Below, piece after piece: positions 47,779 through 57,821 of a stretch of DNA of 64,000 nucleotides. How positions within the stretch are numbered: the stretch's first letter is position 1; every line of letters begins with the position of its first letter. Below the pieces are notes generated by a model. The model was not told the DNA's origin and did no database searches. It worked only from the letters and a program-made list of their open reading frames with translations. Position numbers and translations under genes: made by a program. Origin of the DNA: Candidatus Omnitrophota bacterium (lineage in GTDB: Bacteria > Omnitrophota > Gorgyraeia > Pluralincolimonadales > Pluralincolimonadaceae); assembly GCA_028716565.1 (NCBI GenBank), contig JAQUPL010000001.1:473476-537475 (forward strand), written 5' to 3'.

Positions 47779-49041
47779 CTAAAGTTTATCACAATAACCT
47801 TTTTTGTCAAGTAAATTTTTTAGGCGGGCAGGCATGTCGGCTTCAAGATAGACATAGTCTCCCTTGAATTCCCTCTTTATTATGCTCGCTTCCCTGTAGA
47901 CCTGGTTCAGCAGCTTGGCTTCGGACTGAGGGATCGCGGCCTTGACATATATAAGCGAGGCGAAAAGGATCATCGATATCCTTTGGACCAATTCCCCGAG
48001 GTTCTCTTTGCGGAGGGCCGAGACCGGGATGGCATTCTCGAAATCTTTCCTGAGCCGTTCCACGAGGCTTTTATCCGGGACCTTGTCTACCTTGTTAAGG
48101 ACTGTCACGACGGGTTTATCATGTATGCCCAGCTCTTCCATGACCTCATAAACCGCCTGGCTCAGTTCGCTGGCTATCGGGCTGGATGCGTCAAGGACAT
48201 GGATGAGCACATCGGCCTCCACCACCTCCTCGAGCGTCGCCTTGAACGCCTCTATGAGATGGTGCGGCAGGTCATGCAGGAACCCGACCGTATCGACAAA
48301 TACGACTTTCTGGTTGTTCGGTAATATGAACCTGCGCGCCGTAGGGTCGAGAGTCGAGAAGAGCCTGTCCTGCGCTATGACGTCGGAATCGGTAAGCGCG
48401 TTTAGCAATGTCGATTTGCCCGCATTAGTATAGCCGATCAGCGAGACTATCGAGAGGTCGCTCTCGTGCCGTTTGCGCCTCAACCCCTCCCTGCGCGCGT
48501 GGATCTTCCCAAGCTCGTCCTTAAGCTTTACGATCCGCTCCCTTATCTTGCGGCGGTCCATCTCTAGTTTCTGTTCTCCGGGACCCCTCGTCCCGATACC
48601 GCCGCCGAGGCGAGAAAGCATTATCCCTTTGCCTTTAAGGCGCGGGAGGAGGTATTGCAGTTGGGCCAGTTCTACCTGCACCTTTCCTTCGATAGAATGC
48701 GCCCTGTGCGCGAATATGTCGAGGATAAGCTGGGTCCTGTCGATGACCTTTATGTTCATTATATCTTCGAGGTTCTGCTGCTGGGTCGAGGAGAGGTCGT
48801 CACCGAATATGACGACGTCCGCGCCTTTATCCTTGCAGATGAGGCCGATCTCCCCGGCCTTTCCCTTGCCTATATACTGGCCGGCCATCGGGGCTTCTTT
48901 GAAACACTCGACAAGGTCGACGACTTGGAGGCCCGCGGACCTGACGAGCTCCCTGAGCTCGAAATTGACGTCGTCAAGCTTCCAGGTGTTTTTGTATTTC
49001 CTGTCGAAAAATTCGACCGTGACTAAGAGAGCCTTTTCCAT
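47779..49041 (-). CDS. hflX: GTPase HflX
   Basis: 420 aa. HflX N-domain. G-domain motifs GYTNAGKST and DTVGF. Confidence 0.85.
   Translation of the reverse strand: MEKALLVTVEFFDRKYKNTWKLDDVNFELRELVRSAGLQVVDLVECFKEAPMAGQYIGKGKAGEIGLICKDKGADVVIFGDDLSSTQQQNLEDIMNIKVIDRTQLILDIFAHRAHSIEGKVQVELAQLQYLLPRLKGKGIMLSRLGGGIGTRGPGEQKLEMDRRKIRERIVKLKDELGKIHARREGLRRKRHESDLSIVSLIGYTNAGKSTLLNALTDSDVIAQDRLFSTLDPTARRFILPNNQKVVFVDTVGFLHDLPHHLIEAFKATLEEVVEADVLIHVLDASSPIASELSQAVYEVMEELGIHDKPVVTVLNKVDKVPDKSLVERLRKDFENAIPVSALRKENLGELVQRISMILFASLIYVKAAIPQSEAKLLNQVYREASIIKREFKGDYVYLEADMPARLKNLLDKKGYCDKL
47783..47810 (-). promoter_or_regulatory. Sigma70-type promoter TTGACA-N16-TAAACT for the hrcA-grpE-dnaK operon, embedded in the 3' end of hflX
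   Basis: TTGACA is the reverse complement of 47805..47810 and TAAACT of 47783..47788. CIRCE lies immediately downstream. Confidence 0.45.
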
Positions 49042-49940
49042 ATCTCCCGCGCCGTCTCCCCTGTATCAAAATTATCGTCAAGCGTTATCCACTCTATCCT
49101 CTTGTCGCGCCTGAACCACGTGAGCTGGCGTTTCGCGAAATGCCGCGTGTCCCTCTTCACTAATCTTTTCGCCTCTTCCAGGCCGTATTCCCCGTCGAGA
49201 TATCCTAAAACTTCCTTATATCCTAGCGCCTGCGAGGCGGTAAGGCTCAACTTCCCTTCGAGCAGGCTTCTCGTCTCGTTCACCAGGCCTTCGGCGAACA
49301 TAAGTTCTACGCGTTCGTCTATCTTCCTATATAAGGCCGCGCGTTCCATATCAAGGCCGAAGATCCTCACTTCATATTTATCGCCTAATCCTGCAGTATT
49401 TTTCCTTAACTGCGATATCGGGGCCTTTGCCTTCTCGTAGACCTCGAGCGCCCTTATTATCCTGCGCAGGTCGTTCGCGTGTATCTTTCCGGCGCCCTCT
49501 TTATCGGCTTCCTGCAGCCGGCGGTACAAAACCTCTATCCCGAATTCCCCGGCCTCCTGCTCCAGCCGCTCTCTCAATTCCCTGTCTGTCTGGGGCGCCT
49601 CGAATATGCCGTCTATGAGCACCTTGACGTATAGTCCGCTGCCGCCGACCAATAGCGGCGTCTTGCGCCTTGCTGTTATTTCTTCGATAGCTTTTACGGC
49701 TAGGGCGCGGAACCTGGCGACGGAAAATTCCTCCGACGGCTCGACGATATCTATCAGGTGATGGGGTATCGAATTGAGGAGGCATTTCGCGGGCTTTGAG
49801 GTGCCGACGTTCATTCCCTTGTAGACCTGCATCGAATCGCAGGATACTATCTCGCATTCGATGAGCTTAGCGAGTTCAAAGGATATTCCGGTCTTGCCTA
49901 TAGCGGTCGGGCCTACCAGGAATATCAGCCTATCAGCCAT
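49023..49940 (-). CDS. miaA: tRNA dimethylallyltransferase
   Basis: 305 aa. P-loop GPTAIGKT. IPHHLID motif. Confidence 0.85.
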   Translation of the reverse strand: MADRLIFLVGPTAIGKTGISFELAKLIECEIVSCDSMQVYKGMNVGTSKPAKCLLNSIPHHLIDIVEPSEEFSVARFRALAVKAIEEITARRKTPLLVGGSGLYVKVLIDGIFEAPQTDRELRERLEQEAGEFGIEVLYRRLQEADKEGAGKIHANDLRRIIRALEVYEKAKAPISQLRKNTAGLGDKYEVRIFGLDMERAALYRKIDERVELMFAEGLVNETRSLLEGKLSLTASQALGYKEVLGYLDGEYGLEEAKRLVKRDTRHFAKRQLTWFRRDKRIEWITLDDNFDTGETAREIWKRLS

Positions 49941-49943
49941 ATG

Positions 49944-52115
49944 TTACGGGAGGACCTTTGTCGGGAGCCCTTCGGCGCGAAGTTTTTTCGCGAGTTCTTC
50001 CGCTTCTTCCCTCGAGTTCAGTTTTCCGACCCTCACTTTATTGGATTCCTCATCCTGCAATTTTACTATCGAGGCATCGTAACCCTTCTTGACAAGTTCG
50101 TCGCAGAGCTTGAGCGCGTTCGCCTTCTTGTTGAACGAGCCGACCTGGACGGTAAAATACAGGGTCTCTTCGCGCAGGGCCTGCGCGGACATCTGCGCCT
50201 CAAAGCTGGACGGGAAATCCGACCTCACTTTCTGGTAATGGTTCCTTGCGTCCTTCCATCTGCCTTCTTTCTGTTCGCATTTGGCGATCCTGAAATAGGC
50301 AGTGGCCGCTCCCTGCGACCTGGGATACCTGGCGATGTATTTTTCGTATCCGGCCATGGCGCCCTTGTAATCTCCGCCAAGGTAATAACTGTCGGCTATA
50401 CCCAGCTGCGCGAGCGGGGCCAAGCCGCTCTTAGGGAACATCTCTATCAGCGAATTGAAATTCTTCCTGGCGAGGTCGTACCGGCCCAATTTGTTCAGGC
50501 TCGTGCCTATCATGTAGAAGACCTTGTCTTTCTCCTTGGACATCTCAAGGGCCTTTATGCCTTCGCGCACGGTATTCTCGTAGTCGCCGCTCACGAAATA
50601 TCCTTCTATGGCCGCTGTTGTTTCTGCCTTGGCGGAGTTAGAAAATATCCCCCCTGCCAGGACCATGAATAACATAGCGCCGCCGACCAGCGTATGCCCA
50701 AAAACGGAGCTGACCTTTACCGTCTTTAACCTGCCTATCAGTTCGGACGTCCCGACCAGGGCGACTTTTATGTTCTGCCTGTTCTTTCCTGTCACTTTAT
50801 GTTTTTCCTTTCTGCACACTTTTTCAACGAGGACTTCTGTTTGCCCGCCTATGAACTCATTATCCTTCAGGCCTGATATCTTATCCCGCAGCTTCAGCAG
50901 GTCCTGGTTGCGCTCTTCCTTGACTTTTTTCGGCACGTCATCCTCGAGCCCGCCCGCCTTTGCCGGCGGCCGCGGGGAATACTTGAATATGAACGCGGAA
51001 TTGAACGCTATATCCTCCAAGAGTTTTTTTGTCATAATGAAATCTTCGTCCGATTCCCCGGGATATCCCACTATGACATCGGTGGTTATCGCGCAATCCG
51101 GGACATACCTGCGGAGCATCTCGACTTTCTTCAGGTAATCGGCGGCAGTATAGCCCCTGTTCATCGACTTTAAGATTTTATCAGAACCGGACTGCAAAGG
51201 CAAATGGAGATGCTCGCATACTTTCGGGAGGTCGCGCATCGCCTTAAATAGGTCCTCTCCTGCATCTTTAGGATGACTCGTGAGAAAGCGAATCCTCTCA
51301 ATGCCATTGATGTCGTTAATGCGCTCCAATAATCTAATAAAATCAAAATCCGGCGGGTCCTGCCTGCCGAGCACCTCGTCCCCGCTGCTTCGTGCGGCGG
51401 GGCCAAGGGCTCCGTCGGCAGCCACCCGCTGAAACTTTGACCTATATGAGTTTACATTTTGACCAAGCAGCGTAACTTCCTTATATCCTTTGTCAGCCAG
51501 CGATTTTATTTCCTCAATAATACTTTCCGCCGGCCTTCCCACCTCCCTGCCCCTCACATACGGCACGATGCAGTACGAACAGAAATTATTACAGCCCTCC
51601 ATAATAGTCACGAGGGCGGATATGCCTTTCGTATGGTACGCGATATTAGCGACATACGGTCGGGCCTCCTTATCGGTCGCGATGATGGCCTCCCTGCGGT
51701 TCACGAGAATGCTTTCGACCGTCGCGGGGATATCGTAAATATTAGCCGGCCCGGCTATAAAATCGACTATAGGCAGCGTTTCCATGATCTTCCTGCCCCG
51801 CGCCTTTGCCATGCAACCTACTACGCCGATCACCATCCCGGGCCTCTTCTTCTTCAAGGCCTTAAGTTCGCCGATATTGCTTATCGCGCGGTCCTCGGCG
51901 TGCTTGCGAACGCTGCAGGTATTAAATATCGCGACATCCGTCTTTTCGGGCGAATCCTCAAGCGCCCAGCCCTTCTCCATGAATATGCCCGCTATCTCTT
52001 CCGAATCCCGTAAGTTCATCTGGCAGCCGAACGTCTTTATGTACAACCTGGGCTTGGTTTTCGATGATTCTTCGGATTTCATACGGTTATAATAATTTTC
52101 CCCTCCGCCGCTCAT
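49944..52115 (-). CDS. miaB: tRNA-2-methylthio-N6-dimethylallyladenosine synthase MiaB (about 480 aa) read through, with no stop, into a signal-peptide/TM, TPR and SPOR-domain module (243 aa)
   Basis: UPF0004 domain, radical SAM CNNFCSYC and TRAM domain end at ...TLVGGA. The continuation MLFMVLAGGIFSNSAKA looks like a signal peptide. It is followed by TPR-like repeats and a C-terminal SPOR motif FTVQVGSF...VRVG. The internal ATG is at 50675. Confidence 0.8.
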   Translation of the reverse strand: MSGGGENYYNRMKSEESSKTKPRLYIKTFGCQMNLRDSEEIAGIFMEKGWALEDSPEKTDVAIFNTCSVRKHAEDRAISNIGELKALKKKRPGMVIGVVGCMAKARGRKIMETLPIVDFIAGPANIYDIPATVESILVNRREAIIATDKEARPYVANIAYHTKGISALVTIMEGCNNFCSYCIVPYVRGREVGRPAESIIEEIKSLADKGYKEVTLLGQNVNSYRSKFQRVAADGALGPAARSSGDEVLGRQDPPDFDFIRLLERINDINGIERIRFLTSHPKDAGEDLFKAMRDLPKVCEHLHLPLQSGSDKILKSMNRGYTAADYLKKVEMLRRYVPDCAITTDVIVGYPGESDEDFIMTKKLLEDIAFNSAFIFKYSPRPPAKAGGLEDDVPKKVKEERNQDLLKLRDKISGLKDNEFIGGQTEVLVEKVCRKEKHKVTGKNRQNIKVALVGTSELIGRLKTVKVSSVFGHTLVGGAMLFMVLAGGIFSNSAKAETTAAIEGYFVSGDYENTVREGIKALEMSKEKDKVFYMIGTSLNKLGRYDLARKNFNSLIEMFPKSGLAPLAQLGIADSYYLGGDYKGAMAGYEKYIARYPRSQGAATAYFRIAKCEQKEGRWKDARNHYQKVRSDFPSSFEAQMSAQALREETLYFTVQVGSFNKKANALKLCDELVKKGYDASIVKLQDEESNKVRVGKLNSREEAEELAKKLRAEGLPTKVLP

Positions 52116-52867
52116 TAACGGACCGGCTTCGTCGCTATGACCGTCCCGAACGCCCTCTGGCGCGGGACTCTCTTTATGCTAACCGGGCCAAAACCGGCCT
52201 TCCTGCAAAGCCCTGCCCATTGTTCAAGGCCCACGCAGTATTCGCCGTCGTTCAATATGTGCTTCTTTCCGTTATCGTACATCTGGGCAAATGCCTTCAC
52301 GCCTACGTCTTCCAGGGCCGGGACCCATTCCTGCACCAGGACGTCGACGATCCGCTTCAGCCTCTTAACATCGCTATGGCTGCCGGTCGTATCCATATCG
52401 ACCTCGCCGACCATCAAGCGGCCGCCCGGCTTAAGGACCTTGAAAATCTTTTTCAGAGCCGGCAGCTTATCCTTAACATGGTGAAGCACGACGGAAGAGA
52501 CGGCCAGGTCGAAAGCCCCCTCATCGAAACCCAATGACTCCGCGCCCATCTCCTTCAGGCGTACCCTGCCGCCCAATCCCAGTTTATTGATCTTATCCTC
52601 GAAAATTGTCATCATCTCTTTTGACAGGTCGATGCCGGTCACGTCGCAATCCGCCTTCTGCAGGAACTTCAGGCTCAATAGCCCTGTCCCGCAGCCGATA
52701 TCCAGTATCCTGTCCCCGTCCCTGACCGAAGAATTTTTCACCATCAGACCAAGCAGTTCGCGGTGAAAACTGATCTTGCCGAGCGTATTGTCGTATTCGT
52801 TGGACCAACGGTTAAACCAGTCCTTTGTAGTTTTATTTGTGCTTTTTATTCCGCGTCTCTTACCCAT
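52115..52867 (-). CDS. Class I SAM-dependent methyltransferase
   Basis: 250 aa. ILDIGCGTGLL. Confidence 0.65.
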   Translation of the reverse strand: MGKRRGIKSTNKTTKDWFNRWSNEYDNTLGKISFHRELLGLMVKNSSVRDGDRILDIGCGTGLLSLKFLQKADCDVTGIDLSKEMMTIFEDKINKLGLGGRVRLKEMGAESLGFDEGAFDLAVSSVVLHHVKDKLPALKKIFKVLKPGGRLMVGEVDMDTTGSHSDVKRLKRIVDVLVQEWVPALEDVGVKAFAQMYDNGKKHILNDGEYCVGLEQWAGLCRKAGFGPVSIKRVPRQRAFGTVIATKPVR

Positions 52868-52894
52868 CTCCTTATTGCCTCCGTTATTATCAGC

Positions 52895-53266
52895 CTAACT
52901 TATGGTGAGGAAAACTATGCCGAGCACGACCAAAAACGTGCCCAGGAGCTTCATCTTGTCTATTTTTTCATTCAGGAATATGTGCGCAGAGAAGAGGATC
53001 AGGATATATTGCACGCTTCCGAGCGGATATACCAGGCTCAGGTCGCCCTCGGCAAGCGCCATCAGCCATACGACAATGCTTGCGGCCATAACGGCCAACC
53101 CGGCCCATATCGACGGCTTCGCGAAAACATCGCCTAAAAAGCGGATGTGGCCATCGACCTTCTTGAGGTCATGCGCTTCCACCGTATTGGTGGTCTTTTT
53201 AAAAAGGAGGTGGCCGACCGCCGCGAGGATCTCCGACAATAATACCAGCAATATTATCTTGATCAT
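52895..53266 (-). CDS. EamA/SMR-like small 4-TM membrane protein (ArnF/ArnE-like flippase subunit)
   Basis: Probable start MIKIILLVLLSE at 53266 with a 4-nt overlap. About 123 aa and four hydrophobic helices. The track ORF extends to 53347 in frame. Confidence 0.5.
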   Translation of the reverse strand: MIKIILLVLLSEILAAVGHLLFKKTTNTVEAHDLKKVDGHIRFLGDVFAKPSIWAGLAVMAASIVVWLMALAEGDLSLVYPLGSVQYILILFSAHIFLNEKIDKMKLLGTFLVVLGIVFLTIS

Positions 53267-53619
53267 GGCTGCAGGCCTTTCTCCGCCGGTTTCTTGCTCT
53301 GCGAAACAAAATATACCCCCAGCACTATACAGGCGATGCCGATCCATCTTATCAGGTCCACATGCTCATGCAAAAAGAATATCGCCGCTAACGGCACGAG
53401 GATATACGAGGAGCTTCCAACCGGCATCGCTATGCTCAAGTCGACCTTGTATAAGATTACGATCCAGATAAAAAAATTCAGCACATAAATAAGGATCCCG
53501 GCCCACACCAATAATGAGGAGTCGTTCAAGCCTTTCTTCATCACCAACTGGGCTATGGTATCTACGACATCGTTCGATATGATCAGCAGGAATATCTTCA
53601 GGTTCAGGTGGCTCTTCAT
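53263..53619 (-). CDS. EamA/SMR-like small 4-TM membrane protein (ArnE/ArnF-like flippase subunit)
   Basis: 118 aa with four hydrophobic helices. It pairs with the gene downstream, as ArnE/ArnF does. Confidence 0.5.
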   Translation of the reverse strand: MKSHLNLKIFLLIISNDVVDTIAQLVMKKGLNDSSLLVWAGILIYVLNFFIWIVILYKVDLSIAMPVGSSSYILVPLAAIFFLHEHVDLIRWIGIACIVLGVYFVSQSKKPAEKGLQP

Positions 53620-54779
53620 GACGGCCTCTTCTCCTTCGCCTTCCTCAGGTCCGGGTCAAAGTTCTCAAATTTCAGGAATTGGCACATCAGGTTGAAGAAT
53701 GGCCTCAGCATCCTGTTCCGGAACTTAATATAAAGATAAACGTGCCTGAAATCGAAATCGAGCCTTCTCTTCGGCTCATAGCCGGTAGCGCCTATCTCGT
53801 ATTTCTTTACGCCGTGGCTTATGCACCAATCCAGAGAATCCCGGAACGCTATGAAATAAAGGTAGTATTCGTGCGCGACCGAGTAGTCAAAACCTACATA
53901 ATAATCGATCATTATTTCTTTCGAGACCAGGCAGAACTGGAACGCGACAAGTTTCCCTTTTATCCTCCACAGGAAAAATTTCACGCGGCCCGGCATGTTC
54001 ACGGATACGTTCCTGAAGAAATCAATGGTCAGCAGCTCGAATCCCATATCGTGTTTCGCGACCATATCGAGATAAAGCCTGTAGATATCCCGCAATACTC
54101 CCTCTTCGAGCTTCTCCGCGATCTCCAGTTCGACCGGGGCGAGGTTACCTGCTTTCCTGAATTTCCTCTTCAGGTCATAGCGGGTAGCCCCGCTTAAGCT
54201 CTTCATGTATTCCTCGAAATCCTTGAAACGGACATCGAGCTCGGCAAACGGAAGGCTGTCAAACCTTGAAAATCCGCGTTCCCGGAGCGGATCCAGCTCG
54301 TTCGAATAACTCTTATCGAAATCCTTAAACGCCAGTATCGCGGCGCCGTTCTTCGCCGCTATCTCTTCCATGGCCCCGAGGATCGCGTCCATGACCGCAT
54401 CCGTATCCCCGGTTATTCCCATCCTCCCCAGCCCGATCGGCATTCCACAAATAAGGGTCTTGATACTCAATATACCCGGCATGCGTTTTTTTACGGAATT
54501 TATCATACGCTTAAGCGGCCCCACGATGCTGGTATCCAGCGGGTATCTCATTAAAAAACAGGTAGCGGCCCCCACAGGAGCCTCGCCGTCATAGACCATC
54601 AGATAATAAAAGGTGAACTGCTCGAGGCCGGATCCGTCCAGGGTCCTGTAAAAATCATAGCTTTCAAGGACATCCGGGAAGACCTTATTCCAATCCCCGG
54701 CGGGTATCTCGGATATCTTTCTTACGATATTAGTTTTTAACGGCGGCCCATCGCGGTGTTTTGAAGCCGTCAAATTCAT
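53616..54779 (-). CDS. FemAB-like / DUF482 GNAT-fold acyl(aminoacyl)transferase
   Basis: 387 aa. Two GNAT-like halves. Motifs resemble the Acetyltransf_6/FemAB family. Confidence 0.45.
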   Translation of the reverse strand: MNLTASKHRDGPPLKTNIVRKISEIPAGDWNKVFPDVLESYDFYRTLDGSGLEQFTFYYLMVYDGEAPVGAATCFLMRYPLDTSIVGPLKRMINSVKKRMPGILSIKTLICGMPIGLGRMGITGDTDAVMDAILGAMEEIAAKNGAAILAFKDFDKSYSNELDPLRERGFSRFDSLPFAELDVRFKDFEEYMKSLSGATRYDLKRKFRKAGNLAPVELEIAEKLEEGVLRDIYRLYLDMVAKHDMGFELLTIDFFRNVSVNMPGRVKFFLWRIKGKLVAFQFCLVSKEIMIDYYVGFDYSVAHEYYLYFIAFRDSLDWCISHGVKKYEIGATGYEPKRRLDFDFRHVYLYIKFRNRMLRPFFNLMCQFLKFENFDPDLRKAKEKRPS

Positions 54780-55438
54780 CTCTTCCGCCTGTTAAACCAT
54801 TTTACGATCTCGCCGGATATGTCCGCCATCACAAGGAGGACGACGACGGCCATCAGCCGTATCTTGCCGGCATCGACCGGTTCCCCCTCCACCATGAATT
54901 TTCCTTTCAGGTAGAACGCTATGACAACGATCGCGATCCACAGCACCGGCTTGTATTCCTGGCTGCGGAAAAAACGCTCGGAACTGAAACCCCATTTCTC
55001 CCCTTCCCTGTACGGGAAGACCGTCGGGAACAGCGCAGGGACCTTCTTTTTGTATGCGGCGTATTCCTTGAACTTCCTTCCCAGCATCCCTTCTTCCTCT
55101 TTTATCGTTCCCGAATATACGATCGCCATGACGGCCAGAAGCGCCGTCCCTATGTAATAAACCCTCAAAAAGATGATAAAACCGACTATAAGAAGCATCG
55201 TTCCCAGGTAGAGAGGATGGCGCACGAAGGCGTACGGGCCGGAAGTCGTGAGCTTCTCCGATTTTATCGCGTATCCGTTCGCCCATAACCGGATAAGTTC
55301 CCCGGCGGCTATGAACCAGATGCCGTATTTCAGCGACCTGTCGTCGCAATTCGCGAAGACGGCGACAAATACCGCGAACGGGTATAGAACGGCGAAACGT
55401 AATTTAAACCACCTCTTGAGCCTTTCCCTGATGTCCAT
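54776..55438 (-). CDS. Isoprenylcysteine carboxyl methyltransferase (ICMT/PEMT) family membrane methyltransferase
   Basis: 220 aa. Multi-TM. Hallmark TSGPYAFVRHPLYLG. Confidence 0.7.
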   Translation of the reverse strand: MDIRERLKRWFKLRFAVLYPFAVFVAVFANCDDRSLKYGIWFIAAGELIRLWANGYAIKSEKLTTSGPYAFVRHPLYLGTMLLIVGFIIFLRVYYIGTALLAVMAIVYSGTIKEEEGMLGRKFKEYAAYKKKVPALFPTVFPYREGEKWGFSSERFFRSQEYKPVLWIAIVVIAFYLKGKFMVEGEPVDAGKIRLMAVVVLLVMADISGEIVKWFNRRKR

Positions 55439-55468
55439 ATAGTCCTTTCTCCAAATGAAATGATTATA

Positions 55469-56392
55469 TCACGTATGAAGAAGCAGTTCGAGGATCCTGA
55501 TATTCGTTTCCTGGTTGACCGAATTTATCTCTGAGGGGCTTTTCCCCTTCGCGCTGTGATCCCGGGGATGGTCCATGCGGCTGATGATCGTCTTGGTCCT
55601 GCCCTTGGCCTCCGGGGCCGAATAATCGCCCGTTATATCGACTCCCGCGATATCGCAGTTCTCTTTTATCAGTCTCAATAAGGCCAGCAATCCGGGTAAT
55701 TCGAGCATCCCCGGCTCCCAGTTGGTCAGCGAATAGGCCGGCTTAAGGCAATCTTTATCGATACTGACGTATACCTTCTTTACCTTCAACCCCTGTAATA
55801 CCTTCAGGAAGAGGCCGCTTGGATCTTCCCGCTTGAGCTCATGCCAGCAGATCGTGCTTATCGGAAATCCCCTCATCACCTCTATAGAGCTGTTGTCGGG
55901 CACGCGCCTGAAGAAGACCCTCGTGGGCCCGTGCTCATAAGGATAGATGCGCAACCTGTCGCCTCCCAACGACCCCAGGTTCGCCGTGCAGATCGACGGG
56001 CCGGATATGTCATTCGATGAGACGCCCATCAAGACCACGTTCTCTATCGTCTTTCTCCTGAGGATATCGGTTACCCATGAGCCGCATCCCAGCCGGGGAG
56101 GCATAATGTCCCAATCCGGGTGGTGGTCGAATACGATGACGCTCAGGGGTTCTTCAAATTGCCCGATAAGGAGGCTGGAGACATGGTGGAAGTCCCCTGA
56201 TCCGAGGAAGGTTATGCTGTCTTTTTCGGCGGGTTTGAGCGCGGACCGTATTTTTTGCGCGGCCCGCCTGCCCGCCCAAAGACGGCACTCGGGACCGATC
56301 TTTTTCAGGTCTATGACAGAAGGGTTGAAAGTATCGAGGAGTCGTCTTTGCCCTGTTACGCTATCGTCAAAATTAAGAATCCGTACCGGCAA
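55469..56392 (-). CDS. Arginase/agmatinase/formiminoglutamase-fold (ureohydrolase superfamily) metallohydrolase, divergent
   Basis: 307 aa. Variant ureohydrolase motifs GSGDFHHVS, VFDHHPD and SIDKDCLKP. Confidence 0.4.
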   Translation of the reverse strand: MPVRILNFDDSVTGQRRLLDTFNPSVIDLKKIGPECRLWAGRRAAQKIRSALKPAEKDSITFLGSGDFHHVSSLLIGQFEEPLSVIVFDHHPDWDIMPPRLGCGSWVTDILRRKTIENVVLMGVSSNDISGPSICTANLGSLGGDRLRIYPYEHGPTRVFFRRVPDNSSIEVMRGFPISTICWHELKREDPSGLFLKVLQGLKVKKVYVSIDKDCLKPAYSLTNWEPGMLELPGLLALLRLIKENCDIAGVDITGDYSAPEAKGRTKTIISRMDHPRDHSAKGKSPSEINSVNQETNIRILELLLHT

Positions 56393-57821
56393 TGCCTTTC
56401 TTTAGCGCCTCCTCGAATAGGTCAACGGCCAAGTCGATCTCGCTCTCCTTGATATAGAAAGAAGGCGCGATCGTAAAAACGTTCTTGTAATAACCGCCCA
56501 CATCGAGGATAAGCCCCCTCTTCTTAGAGCCGGTCTTCAGGTTCCCGCTAAGGCCGATGTTCATTATAGCGTCGGTGAGCTGCCTGTCCGGCGTAAATCC
56601 GTCCTTATGGCAGATCTCGACCCTTAACGCGAGCCCAAGGCCGGATACGTCGCCTATCTGCGGATATTTTTTCATCAAATTTTTAAGGCGGGATACAAAG
56701 TACTCGCCTTTCTTTGGGACGGAAACGGCGAAGTTCTCCTCGTCTATTATCTTGAGCGTTTCCAGGGCAACTGCCGTCCCGAGCGAATTAGAGGAAAAAG
56801 TCGAGTGCGTCATCCCGGCGGGGAAGACGGCCGGAGAGATCAGCTCTTCTTTGGCCCATATGCCCGAAAGCGGGTTCAGGCCGTTAGTCAGCGCCTTCCC
56901 GAATACCACTATATCCGGCGTCACGTTGAAGTGCTCGAGCGCCCAGAATTTGCCGGTCCTGAAGAAGCCCATCTGGACCTCGTCATCGACCAGCAATATC
57001 TTATACCTGTCGAGTATCTCCTTCAGTCCGGAAAAATAATCCGTCGGCGGGATTATGTAGCCGCCGGTCCCCTGGACCGCCTCAATATAGAACGCGGCGA
57101 ATTCGCACTTATTAGTCTTGTTGTTGACGACCGAATAATATTCGGATTCGAAGAGCCGCTCGAACTGTTTCAGGCAGTAGAGGTCGCAATAATCGCGCTT
57201 CTTGTCGTATGGGCACCTGAAACAATAGGGATAGGGTATGAAACAGGCCCTGTCCGAGAAGTGGCCGTATTTCTCCCTGTACCGGTAACTCGAGGTAATG
57301 GATGAGGCGGCCAGCGTACGGCCGTGATAGCCTCCCATAAAGGCGAAGACGAGCGATTTGCCGCCGGAAGAGTTCCTGACCACTTTAAGCGAATCCTCTA
57401 TGGCCGCGGAACCGCCGACGTTGAAATGGACCCTTCCTTTAGTCTCGTAGGTCCGCTCCATCCTCTGCGCCAGTTTAGCCGCCACTAGTATCTTTTCTTC
57501 GTGTAAATACTGGCAGGCGAGCTGGGGCAGTTTATCGAGCTGTTTCTTGAGGGCCGCGTTCAGCCGCTTGTTCTTGTAACCGAAGTTGGCGGCCGAATAC
57601 CACATCTGGAGGTCGAGATACTCGGTCCCCTGCTTGTCATACAGGTAGATGCCCTCGGAACGGTCGAAGATATTCAACCTGTCCGAATAATGGACAGTAT
57701 CTCCCCATGAACAATACCTGGCCTCTAAGTCCAGGAGTTTATTTTCTCTTGAGCGCGAAGAGCTCTTGCCCAGCTTCTGTTTCGACAACATTACCCGCCT
57801 CCTGGAACCAGCTATAAACAT
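56373..57821 (-). CDS. Class III (omega) PLP aminotransferase (AT-III family)
   Basis: 482 aa. LLVDDEVQMGFFRTG. PLP Lys in VFGKALTNG. The N-terminus overlaps the upstream gene by 50 to 80 nt, so the true start is uncertain. Confidence 0.8.
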   Translation of the reverse strand: MFIAGSRRRVMLSKQKLGKSSSRSRENKLLDLEARYCSWGDTVHYSDRLNIFDRSEGIYLYDKQGTEYLDLQMWYSAANFGYKNKRLNAALKKQLDKLPQLACQYLHEEKILVAAKLAQRMERTYETKGRVHFNVGGSAAIEDSLKVVRNSSGGKSLVFAFMGGYHGRTLAASSITSSYRYREKYGHFSDRACFIPYPYCFRCPYDKKRDYCDLYCLKQFERLFESEYYSVVNNKTNKCEFAAFYIEAVQGTGGYIIPPTDYFSGLKEILDRYKILLVDDEVQMGFFRTGKFWALEHFNVTPDIVVFGKALTNGLNPLSGIWAKEELISPAVFPAGMTHSTFSSNSLGTAVALETLKIIDEENFAVSVPKKGEYFVSRLKNLMKKYPQIGDVSGLGLALRVEICHKDGFTPDRQLTDAIMNIGLSGNLKTGSKKRGLILDVGGYYKNVFTIAPSFYIKESEIDLAVDLFEEALKKGIAGTDS

